64,000 bases of DNA, taken from the NCBI GenBank assembly GCA_964016885.1, contig OZ024743.1:356376001-356440000 (forward strand), written 5' to 3'. The translations under genes and the position numbers were made by a program. This document shows positions 28,109-41,399 of the stretch, piece by piece. Within the stretch, counting starts at the first letter, position 1, and each line of letters begins with the position of its first letter. The DNA is from Eledone cirrhosa. Taxonomy: Eukaryota. A model generated the notes under the pieces. That model was not told where the DNA came from, ran no database searches, and worked only from the letters and a program-made list of their open reading frames with translations.

Positions 28109-30075
28109 AGATGATGCATGACATACCCTGACATAGTAGATTGTTAAGATCCAGTCATGGTAGTGAGTAAGATATGACAAAACTCAATATTTATATACCT
28201 TAAGATTGATACATGAAAAAACTTACATATAATACATATAATACAGAGGGTGCGTGTAAGAAAGCTTAAAAATACTTAACAGTAATTTATATAACTGTTA
28301 GAGATTCAAATAATTATTGAAGAAAGAGGAAAGAAAAAAAGACAGAGAGAAAACAGATGAGGGGAAAATATAGCTAGTAGAGGTATAGAGAGCAAAAGAG
28401 AATTGATCAAGGAAAGGGAGACAAAGAGGAATAATTATAATTATAGGGAGGGATGAATTATATATATATCTATACATAACTATACATTTGGGTATAGCCA
28501 TGCGTTAGAGTAAACTCGAATCATTGAATTATTGAATTATCTAGAAATATTCATCAATCTAAATCCTAAATATAACTGGATGTAATCAATAAAGGTTAAT
28601 TTCCTTAGTTATATTTACTATCCAAACATATCCGGCTGACCGTTAACTTTCAAATCATTTAAGTTAGTTCAGAGTAATGAATTAATTAAAGTGTATAATA
28701 TTTCAGGCTATGAAAGTTTATAAATATCTGTATTAATATTAAAGTATACTATCATATTTAATTTATAAAATCATATTTTATGAATTCATATTTAAACTGT
28801 TTGCAAACATGAGAGAGAAGACATGCTATTTTTCATCCTCTCGAAGGTAATTCTTATTAATTTTATTATAATATATTTAATTATTTATGTTATATTGAAA
28901 ATAATTCGCATTATATAATTTATAAAATAATTGCAGTTATAATTTTAAATATTCAGATTAACAATTAGAATGCCTTAAAGCCTCAAAAGGCCTTATAATT
29001 AAACTTAAAAAGTTAATTATTAAATTAGATATATGCATTTGTCTAAATATAAACAAAGATTATATTGTCTAAAGATTAAGATGATACCTATCAGTTATAT
29101 ATAACATAATATAATACAATAAATAAGTTACTGATAATATTGTTAAAAATTAAGGTTTTAGATCAATTATTATAATAAGATCATGTAACACATATATACT
29201 ATAAATATACAAGTCAAACTTCTTGAATCATAAGGATAAGAATCAGATTCAAAGTAAAAAAGTGAATTATCTGCGATATATATTTTTTTAATAAATTTAT
29301 ATAGTAGTATAATGTGTCTGCAAACATGAGAAAGAGAAAGCCTAAACAATTTTATTGGCCCGAAGGTAACCCAAATTTAATTAAATTAAATTAAATAGTA
29401 ATCGTTATATAATTTAGAAAATATTTAGAACATATTTAACGATTATAACAGTAGAAAATCATTAAAGTATCTAAAGTACTTATCAATAATAATCGTTATA
29501 TAACTTAGAAAATTTAGAAAAAATTTAGAAAATATTTAACGATTATAACACTGGAAAGTCATTAAAATATTTAAAGTACGTATAAATGTAACTAGAAGCA
29601 TGTTATTATACTAGATATACAGATTTGTTCAAATATAAATAGAGTATTCCAGATAATAGTGATCGATATACATATAACAAATATAATAAATAATTAGTAC
29701 AATCATTGTTAGTAATGTTATAATTGAAGTTTTACCTCAAGTTAAGTGGAAAAAAGTTTGTCGACTAGTATGGTGTGTGACGCATATACCGTAAATATAT
29801 ATAAATAAAAATATATAAATCAAACTTCCTGAATCGTAAAACATATTCCAAATGAATAAATATACAAAAACATAAATGCATGAATGATTTACGGTACATT
29901 ATAAATGTTAAGCATATAAGCCATATATTTTAAAAAATACAAGAATCCCAGTCAAAAATTAAATATATCTTAACAATCAAATGATATGCACATTCCTCAA
30001 GAGATCATGTTAACAAATAATATGTGTATATACCTAAACAGGACCTTTTAATCTAACATTAATTATATCATAAAA

Positions 30076-30262
30076 CGGGCGGTGAATTGGCAGTATCGGT
30101 AGAGGGTTGGACGCCATGCTTTCTAGCATAGTTACGTCCCTTTACAGTCTGAGTTCAAATCCCGCCGAGGTTAACTTTGCCTTTCATCCTTACGGGGTCG
30201 ATAAAATAAAGTACCAGTAATGTACTGGGTAATTTGCTGGCCTTGTGCCTAAAGTAGAAACA
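30076..30262 (+). mobile_element. tRNA-derived SINE, full length, with an 18-bp target-site duplication
   Basis: A-box-like TGGCAGTATCGG, B-box GAGTTCAAATCC, and body GCCTTTCATCCTTACGGGGTCGATAAAATAAAGTACCAG. ATTAATTATATCATAAAA flanks it at 30058-30075 and 30263-30280. Confidence 0.9.
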
Positions 30263-30375
30263 ATTAATTATATCATAAAAGAATTAAAAAATAAAAATTA
30301 TTAAAGTTTTATAATCTGTTATAACGTTTTAGGTACACAGTTGATAAGAGACGTCAAAAATTAGAACCTGTTTAT

Positions 30376-30700
30376 TTAGTGGTTTTTCCTGACTTTTTGC
30401 GAGGCTTGGAATGTAGACAAAGCTTTATGAAGGCAGTTTGAGAATAATTCACTCTTGTTGTTAATTAAATTTTCACAATCAGTAATTATTGAAAGGGTCT
30501 CCATGGTACAGAGGTTGCAGTTAGGTGATATTGAGGAATTCAAATAAATTCGACTATTACATAACTTCGCCCAAGAAATCGAGTATTTTAAGTTTTTGTC
30601 TTTTAATGACCATATAAGTTGTGATAAAGAAGTTGAAGATTTCCTATTAGGATTCGAAAAAGAGCATTTGTGATTCGCAAATCTTGATTTAAATGTCGGG
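30376..30700 (-). pseudogene. C-terminal half of a Penelope-like element GIY-YIG endonuclease (5'-truncated, abutting a SINE fragment)
   Basis: TFKSRFANHKCSF..STSLSQLIWSLK..ISW..CNLCTME..LINNKSELFSNCLH fits the PLE endonuclease pattern FKxRxxNH..SF / TxLSxxIWxLK / CxLCxxE / LNxxxE..CxH. Confidence 0.8.
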
Positions 30701-30772
30701 GTCAATAAAATAAAGTAACAGTAATGCACTGGGATAATTGCTGGCATTGTGCCAAAAGTAGAAACAATTATT
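30696..30772 (+). mobile_element. SINE 3' fragment
   Basis: CGGGGTCAATAAAATAAAGTAACAG...AATTGCTGGCATTGTGCCAAAAGTAGAAACAATTA matches the 3' half of the 30076 SINE. Confidence 0.8.
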
Positions 30773-31774
30773 CTAGGGACATGCAGACCATTATTAATGT
30801 TTCTGGCTCTTTAAAAATGCTGGTTTCAAAGATTACACTCTATATATTCATTTCGTATTTTGAGGGACATTAGTTCTTGGCCTGCCTTCTTCAATAACAC
30901 GAAGTGTGCTGTTTACTGTTGTGTGCCTGTATGTTTTCTATAGTCATGATTATTTGTGATTGGGGTAGAGCTGATGGTGGCTGTGTTGTCTGCCTGGGTA
31001 GTGGTAGCGTTGTTGTAGTTACAATTGTGTGTGTATTGAGGGTGTACAACCCCAGCAATTTAGGAAAAATTAAAGGGAATAAAAAAAGCTGAATAAATTG
31101 ACATCAGTAATTTAGAATGTTTGGGGAAATCCGGGAGAAGAAAATCGGAAATCCAGATCTTACAAACTGTCCCATTTTGGATAGCTTAAGAACAGGACTC
31201 TTCGATTTTTGTTCATTTGATAAAGATGTTCGGAGCTCGAAATATTATGAAATATGTTAAAAGTTATTGGTTTCTTTTGACCTTCTTATTTTAATCTACT
31301 CTAATCAGCACATTATATTTCCAGTCCACATAGCACCAGCTACACATTTTATTCGACACATGTAATTCACCTGTATTTCATTTCATTGGATCGAGATATG
31401 AAAATGAGAAAGCAAAGATACGAAAATAAATATCACAAATTATTTGATGAGAAGAATCCAGAGACTATATGAAAAACACTAATGAAGACAACAAACGTTG
31501 ACATCTTGTGTGATGTCATAACCATACATAGCATGAAAAGTATCAAAGAATGTCACATTCATACTGGGAATTAATTCAAACACTCCTCTATCTATGACTA
31601 CAAAGATATTTATTCGAGAATATAGGTATATAGGTGTAGTAGAGGAATATATCATTAATGTTCACAACTTATTTAACCAAAATAATCAACGTGGCTATCA
31701 GTTAACATATATAGGCGATGATCTATTAATCTGCTTAATGGAGGACCTTTGAAATAACCTGAAAATTCTTCTAA

Positions 31775-31879
<105 letters not shown>

Positions 31880-31901
31880 TATGTATATGTATATATATAT
31901 G

Positions 31902-31932
<31 letters not shown>

Positions 31933-31979
31933 ATATATATGTATATATATATATATATATGTATATGTATATATATATG

Positions 31980-32015
<36 letters not shown>

Positions 32016-32197
32016 AATGTGTGTGTGTGTGTGCGTATGCATGTATGCATGCAAGTTTGTATGCATGTATGTATGAATGCATGTGTGTATGTATACATGT
32101 ATGCATGTATGAATGTACGTAGGCATGTATGAATGGCGGGATGGATAATCATATGTGAGTGTGCTTGTAAGTATATATGGGAATACATTTTGCATAA

Positions 32198-32290
32198 TTA
32201 ACGTATACAGGTGAATATGAGTGCATGGTTAACGTATACAGGTGAATATGAGTGCATGGTTAACGTATACAGGTGAATATGAGTGCATGG
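32198..32290. repeat. 31-bp tandem repeat x3
   Basis: TTAACGTATACAGGTGAATATGAGTGCATGG occurs three times in tandem. Confidence 0.95.
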
Positions 32291-32330
32291 GTATCTAGAA
32301 CCTTATAATGATATGTATGTATATGTGTAT

Positions 32331-32447
32331 GAGACAGAGAAATCGAGATAGAAGGCGAGCAGTGACACACACACACGCACACACGCATACACATACATAC
32401 ATACCTATACACACACACATATATATATATGTGTGTGGGTGTGTGTG

Positions 32448-32480
<33 letters not shown>

Positions 32481-32550
32481 GTATGTATGTGTATGCATGT
32501 GTGCGCGCGTGTGTGTCACTGCTCGCCTTCTATCTCGATTTCTCAGTCTC
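32331..32550. repeat. Inverted repeat (~40-bp arms) around a microsatellite core
   Basis: GAGACAGAGAAATCGAGATAGAAGGCGAGCAGTGACACAC pairs with GTGTGTCACTGCTCGCCTTCTATCTCGATTTCTCAGTCTC. Confidence 0.9.
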
Positions 32551-32858
32551 AATCTCTCACATATATATATATGTGTGTGTGTATATATATATATATTTAG
32601 GAACATTCAAAATAATATTTCCTTACGTTTGTAGACATATATGTATAAGTATGTTAGATGTGCATGTGTATTTATGTCTCTGCATATGCAAATGCTTTTA
32701 TATTAGAATATATAGATTACATATTACATGTATCTATAAATAATGTATATATGTTATATAAGAGTGATTTTCATAAACCCCGGAAACTATAGCCGTTTAT
32801 GATTTAGAATTTGTTTCTTATGCTTTGGTAATTGTTACCATAGAAACATATGGCGTAT

Positions 32859-33393
32859 GATGGCTGCCCCCTCGTTATCGAGTATGGCCATTGCACGATA
32901 TACCATTGTTAATAATTATTAAATAATTCTATCGTGCAATGCCTGTGCGTGAAGATATTTTTTAAAATGATGAAAGACTGTGCACTGAGCCAATCCCACT
33001 CTCTGAGCGACAGTAGCTATAACCCGAAAAGAAGAAAAGATCAACATCATCGGTAACTTCTGAGCCACAGGTTTTATATCGGAGTTATCCCAGTTTCCTG
33101 AGTTGTCTTCTCCTAGAAGAATGCCCTGACAAAGGCTAGGGGTCCTTCACTCCCAGTGGTTTAACTGCGCGGTACATGTGTATATACATATTAACACACT
33201 TTCGAATGGCCATTGACTCTTATGAGTTCTTCCGCCCTTTGTCAGGTTTTGATTTTTGTCCTGGAGGGTGTCCAAAATCACCCTCCTTACCAAGTAAACT
33301 TGGTGGGGTTGCCGGTTTAATCGCCGACGACCCGACCAGGCGACAGGTTTTACTGGGTTACATGTTACCAGTAGCGCTCAAGAGTGACCCGAC
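32859..33393 (-). mobile_element. RTE-derived non-autonomous element, copy 1
   Basis: Shares CCCTTTGTCAGGTTT...CTTGGTGGGGTTGCCGGTTTA.TCGCCGACGACCC...GTTACCA...GTGACC.GACA with the 54.6 and 61.7 kb copies. Minus-strand CTAGGAGAAG.. resembles RTE 5' UTRs. The RTE assignment is inference. Confidence 0.6.
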
Positions 33394-33634
33394 ATGCATA
33401 CATGCATTCATACATACATACATACCTATATACATACATTCATACATATATATGTACATACCTATATACATACGTACATTAAAACATACATATTTACAAG
33501 TAGGCATAGTTGCTTGCAACCTATATAAATACGTGTTCATATATATTTGAACTGCTTAGTTGCGGCCCATAAGCAGTAAACTCTCACACACACAAACATA
33601 TACACACATACACACATACAAGCACACACACACG

Positions 33635-33719
<85 letters not shown>

Positions 33720-33743
33720 ATATATATATATCCATATATAAAT

Positions 33744-33843
<100 letters not shown>

Positions 33844-34256
33844 GGCTTTCGCGCAGTACTCATTTATCAAATTTCAGCTATACGGCACTCAAGGTGCCAT
33901 ACACTGTAACTGAAGCTGATTCCACGTGTTTGTCAAACATAGTCTAATGTGTAGCAACAATGGATCTGCCCCAGAATTGGCCTCAACCGGATGGCTGGAA
34001 CAGGTAAAAGAGTAAAGAGTAAAATAATATATATATATATATATATACAGCATACGGTATTAAATACACATACAATGCTGTTATCAAATATTTATTGTGT
34101 GTTTGTACCCATTAATGTAACTTTATTAATAACACACCAAACACGATTTTGCGACATGAGTTAACTATTTCATTATAAGTTATATAACACAACATATACA
34201 CATAGAACACTCACACAAACACACATACACACACACGCACACACACACACACACAG

Positions 34257-34334
<78 letters not shown>

Positions 34335-34406
34335 ATGTACATATGCATGTCAGCTTAAATGTATTTATGTACATGTATAAATATATGTATATATTTATAT
34401 ATATAT

Positions 34407-34609
<203 letters not shown>

Positions 34610-34951
34610 TTACATATGCTCCATTGCAAATCTTCATATTTACGAATGAGAAAGTGTGTGTTTATGTGTTCATGTGTGTGTACATGTGTACATGTGTACG
34701 TGTGGTATATTTGATACTTCAAGCAATCGTTGAAATGCAGAAAGCTGCAGGCTTTATTGACACTTTATATTGGTCTTTAGATAACTAGTAAAACCTCGAC
34801 TAACGTGAAACAACTATATATTATATATCATAGGTTGCACGTTATATACAGATATACATGTGTACAGAAACACAGATATGTATACACACACGCACACACA
34901 GCCATACACACACACACACATATATATTTATATATATATATATATATACAT

Positions 34952-34992
<41 letters not shown>

Positions 34993-35007
34993 CACATACA
35001 TATATAT

Positions 35008-35060
<53 letters not shown>

Positions 35061-35095
35061 CATATATACACACACACACACACACACATATATAT

Positions 35096-35184
<89 letters not shown>

Positions 35185-35546
35185 CATATATATATACACA
35201 CACACAATACATATATATATATATATATATATATACGTACATACTTTATACAAGGTGTGGGGAGTTGTGTCAGCGAAAAAAATTATGTAGCAACCATTGG
35301 TCCTGTGTGAATGAAACTGTCTAACAAAGCATTTATTATCTCGGCTGTGATATTTTTCTAAACCAACATGCATTTTACTTCTGACTATGTTCCAACTAAT
35401 ATGAAATCGTTAATATCCAATCAACACGTCGTTTGTCATATGACTAGTTTCTTTTTCATACGAATACACATATGCACATGACTTCAGAACATTCATAAAC
35501 ATTTTGCATACACATTTTTAGAAATATGTAGTCATACACCTTCTGC

Positions 35547-35578
<32 letters not shown>

Positions 35579-35579
35579 A

Positions 35580-36540
<961 letters not shown>

Positions 36541-36550
36541 TATATATATA

Positions 36551-36622
<72 letters not shown>

Positions 36623-36794
36623 GGAGATGGAGTGACAGAGGGCGGAGAGGAGTACATGAGACCGAGGGAGAGTGAAGGAGAGATTCGGAGAATGGAATGA
36701 AGCTGAATACATCACAAAAAGTAAGAACATGTCAGAGGTTTGCAAATTAAACCTTCAAAACCAGATATTGTCCATTTCCTCCACATAAAAACAC

Positions 36795-36838
<44 letters not shown>

Positions 36839-36876
36839 ATATATACATATATATATATATATCCACATCCATATAC

Positions 36877-36908
<32 letters not shown>

Positions 36909-37429
36909 ATATATATATATGGGGGGGTGGTATGCACACACACTCCTTCTCACATACACATATTTGCACTAATACGTGTACTTTTAATATACACATTCTG
37001 CTTTATCAAAAGCCATGCCGATTAGATGTGACTATTGAACTCTGTCTCCTTAATCTATTTCGTTTAATTTTTTGTTTCTCCATACATAAGTGAACAAACA
37101 AAGCGCTGTTATCAGTAGTTGCAAAAATGGTCCATTGCCAGATAGACTACATGACTTAAAATATTAAGCCCCTGCCCTTTTGGACATCGTGTTCCTGCAG
37201 CACCAGGGTAGAGTTTTGTATTTATTTTTTTCTTATTAAATTCTGCAATCGATAGAATGTTTTGTATATCTGTATTTCTAATAGACTGGCGAATGTGGGT
37301 TAGAAATAGTAGATATGTGGACTTGTCAACTCTCCCCGACCGACGGGGAGATCTCCCACCCACATTGGGGTGGGTGAGAGATGTCTTCTCTTGTGAAAAT
37401 GGGTATAGGTTTCATTATTTAAAATCTCC

Positions 37430-38205
37430 CTCTTTCATCCTTACGGGGGGGATAAAATAAAGTACCAGTCACTCACTGGGGTCGATTTAATCCAGTTTCG
37501 ACTCCCCCCAAAAATTGCTGGCCTTGTCTCCAATTAAGAAACAATTATCTAAAATCTCCCTATTTTGCCTCATTTCTACCCGTTTTGGGGCACTTTTTTT
37601 CAGAGGCACTTTTGGGGCACTTTTTGGGGTCTTTAGAGGTTTACAGGGCAGTTTCGCATGTCCAATCAGATTATCAGTTCGAATCAGTCACCATTTTTCT
37701 CTCCACTTTCTTGACGGTCGATACAATTAATACTTCTAAAACTACGCTGCAATTAATAACTTTGCGTCGACTAGAAATGATGTTATTATTATTATTGTTA
37801 TCTCTGCCGGACACCATGCCTTGCAGAATAGAGTTCGGCTCTTTACGTTCTGAGTTCAGATCCCGCCGAGGTTAGCGTTGCCTCTCATCCTTACGGGGCC
37901 GATAAAATAAAGTACCAGTAAAGCACAGGTGTCGTTTTAGTCGACTTTCCTCTACCTTTCAAATTGCTAGCCTTGTTACCTCTATGAGTGGTAGATTTGA
38001 TGTAGTGGTAGGACGTGGGACAAAATAATTTCCGGTATTTATTTACGAATTTCCACTTTCTTCGTTCAAATCCTAAATAAGATAACTTTGCCTTTCATTT
38101 TTCCATGATCGATAAATTAAAGTATCTGTTATGTACTGGAGACGATACAATCAACTTTCCGCTGACTCCAAATTGCTGGCCTTTTGCCAATGTTAGAAGG
38201 AATTG
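37430..38205 (+). mobile_element. Cluster of three SINE copies (~37430-37546, ~37800-37975, ~38000-38205)
   Basis: Each carries TTTCATCCTTACGGGG..GATAAAATAAAGTACCAG-like and AAATTGCTGGCCTT motifs. B-boxes GAGTTCAGATCC (37852) and GTTCAAATCC (38064). Confidence 0.85.
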
Positions 38206-39003
38206 TCACTATCTCTTTTTTTGCAATATTGAGCTATTGTATTGTGATATTTTTCTTTTCTTCAAATTTGCTGTCAAACCGTAACAAAAGGTGTTAAACA
38301 GTAATTATCTAAAAATAAAGAATATGAGTTGTTTCAAATGGGGGAGAATTTGGGTCTACATCTGATTTCCAACTACTCCAGGTGTCACGATAGTTTGGCG
38401 GCATTAAAACTAATGCCTCGATGACAGGTGGTTTGAGTTCTAATTTTGTTGCTGGACTTGTCCACATTTTTGATATTTCGACTTTTAATACAATATATTT
38501 TGAGATTTTTCCTACTATGTCTGCAAATGCTTCTGTCTGAAGAGATCACAGAATTTGTTATAAGATATTCTGTTTTAATCCCATGCCATGGATAATGCTA
38601 ATTCATCTACGGTGCTCTATTGTGTCTGTCTCGATGTCGAATTGTTTTGCTTCCTTAACTCGGAGGAGCAAGAATAGTCTTGGAGATCTCAGAATGAATG
38701 TGTGACGAAATAGCTTTAACAATTAAATAACCAACCCGAAACTAAATCAGTGGATTACTTGCCTGGGAATACCGTTGTATTGGGTCCCACTGTGAAGGAT
38801 ACGCTTCTGCAATCCAAGAACAGGAAATCAAAACAAAAACATCCACACATACAATAATATCCATACCTCCGCGCACACGTATACATATCTACCTAGTTGA
38901 TGTGTAAATTCCAATGAGAGAGTCTTGTATCTATTTTAGAAACCGACTCTCCCTCTCTTGGCAAAAGTTTGTGAAATTATAAAACCAGAAGAACATACGT
39001 ACA

Positions 39004-39261
<258 letters not shown>

Positions 39262-39446
39262 GATGGACACATGAGTTAAACTTGCTTGGTAAGTTTTGTT
39301 TCAATTTCTTTAGAAATTCGTCATTGTGAACTTTTATTTTTATACCAATTTGTAGAGGGGCTGACAGGTCAAATATTGATCTGGTAAGTCTCCCAAAAAA
39401 TTATGCCCCTCAGGGCAAAAATATCCAACATACTTTCGAAAACCTT

Positions 39447-41360
39447 TTGCAAAACACTTCAGTTTTTTTTAAAATGGCCGAAGCAAAGGCACTTTCTTCC
39501 TTGTCAATACAAGAAGATGTGAAGGGAAGGCCATGCCTACTTGACCAGCAGATAGTAGCAGACAACAAAGGAATGCCAACATTATCGCCTCAATATTTAG
39601 AAGAGGGACACGCTTCGGTTGCTTGTAAGCAACTGAACACGCTTGACGTCAAAAACGTCACATGTATCCACACACAGAAGGAAGAATGTGTAGCAAATAC
39701 TAACACCACCACAAACAACAACACAATAAATGAGAACGACAACAACAACAATACAACAAAAGGAATCAGTGACAACACAACGAATGAGACCATCAACACC
39801 ACCACCAACAACAACAATAACAAAATTTCATTTGCAGCAACCGTTGCTAAGCAACAGGATTTTAAATATTACCCATGGACGTTTTGCAAAAGTCCCAATA
39901 TTTGGAAGAAGCTTCCAACTATGTGACGTTTGAGGGAGACACCCCACACATACACATGTCCCCACAAATACGAGAGATGAGACAAAAAACGACACTGATG
40001 TATAGAACAGTTGACATTACTACAAAAAACCCGTAACGCTTCCAACAAGCACTATTGCAGCTTCATTAAAAGACATCATGCCAGACATGGCATACCTTCA
40101 AAGAGCTAAACAGTATGGAAGTGTGTCAGTGCTCTTTAAGAGCGAAACTCTGGCTCAAAAAAATTCACTGCATCCGATAAAAACGGGTCAACACATCTTC
40201 TTCACCACATACATATGAAGAAGAACGTCTACAAAATAAAAATAACCAGAATCCCAGCAGAGGTCAACATATGGTGGATCCTACGCTGCATCTTGAAGAA
40301 GGATGAGGACACCCTCCTATCTGTAGACAGGACAGACCGTAATCACTGGTTTGGAACTGCATCGAGGTTCTGGTACAAATGAAGCCAGAGAGAGTAGAAA
40401 AAAATCCCAAACAAAATCATCCTCGAAGAAGATGTTATCTCCATTTTAGTGGAGGGCAAAAGACCTCAGTGCCATAAGTGTGGGAAAACCACACACTTAA
40501 AGGCCCTTTGCCCTCTCTTAAACAAACCTAGGACAAACAAGGTGCTACTACCAACACCATAACCCCAACATCAACACCCCAAACCAAACACAACACAAAA
40601 ACTTGCAACATACACTCCCACACCACCACAGACAAGAGACAACCACACACACAACATCCCACTGAAAAACCTTCCCTTGCCTCCTCCCTCTCTGTCAAAT
40701 ACTTCCACAAACACCTGCACAAACACTCCACCACACAACATACCCCTCCCATCTACCCCTGATTCAGAAGTCTCAGACACGGGAACTTCTACATCTCCAA
40801 GTGAGGATAAAGAGGAGCCCCCAAAATCCAAAAAACAAAAAGAGACAAAAAAACACAAAAGCAAAAATATCTAAAGAATACGCGCACACACACCAAACAC
40901 CACCATAAACATACCGCCACAAACGACAAACACACCAACAACACAATCACCACCAACACAACCAAACACTTCACCAACAAAACAAACACCCACACCACCA
41001 CAATCACAAACCCCAACCACAAAAAGAAAACTACAAACAGAAACAGCACACATAAAAAACAAAACACATTATACATACATAAAAACAACAAACAAAGAAC
41101 TGTTAGAAACTGTCCGCAAGGACCCCACTATCCAAACGGAAAGGAAAACCTTCTCCACCAACGACCCACCCCTAAACCTTAAACTAATCAGGGTAACAAC
41201 CCTACAACATGAAACATTGAAAGGGAACTTCCCAGATGATGTGCCCCCCCCCCCTGCCAAAAGACCCTTAACCGTGTCCTGCTATAGGAGTCCCTCCCTC
41301 CCCATACACCCCCAATCTGGACATGGAGATCGAGCAACCCGACCTCCAGAGAACTAACAG
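39447..41360 (+). pseudogene. Disrupted ORF1 of a Tx1/L1-type LINE
   Basis: SFAATVA motif, a CCHC knuckle CHKCGKTTHLKALC at ~40470-40512, and low-complexity T/N/P/K-rich segments. It lies directly upstream of the APE-RT ORF2 and has several frameshifts. Confidence 0.7.
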
Positions 41361-41399
41361 GTAAGTGTTCCTGCCTTTTCTCTCCCTAACTCTTCTTCG

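Noticed and set aside
30078-30170. tRNA gene
   Set aside because: A- and B-box-like motifs are present, but there is no cloverleaf and the sequence continues into the SINE body found in many copies.
31090-31770. Possible exon or pseudogene in moderately complex sequence
   Set aside because: No sustained open frame or recognisable motif.
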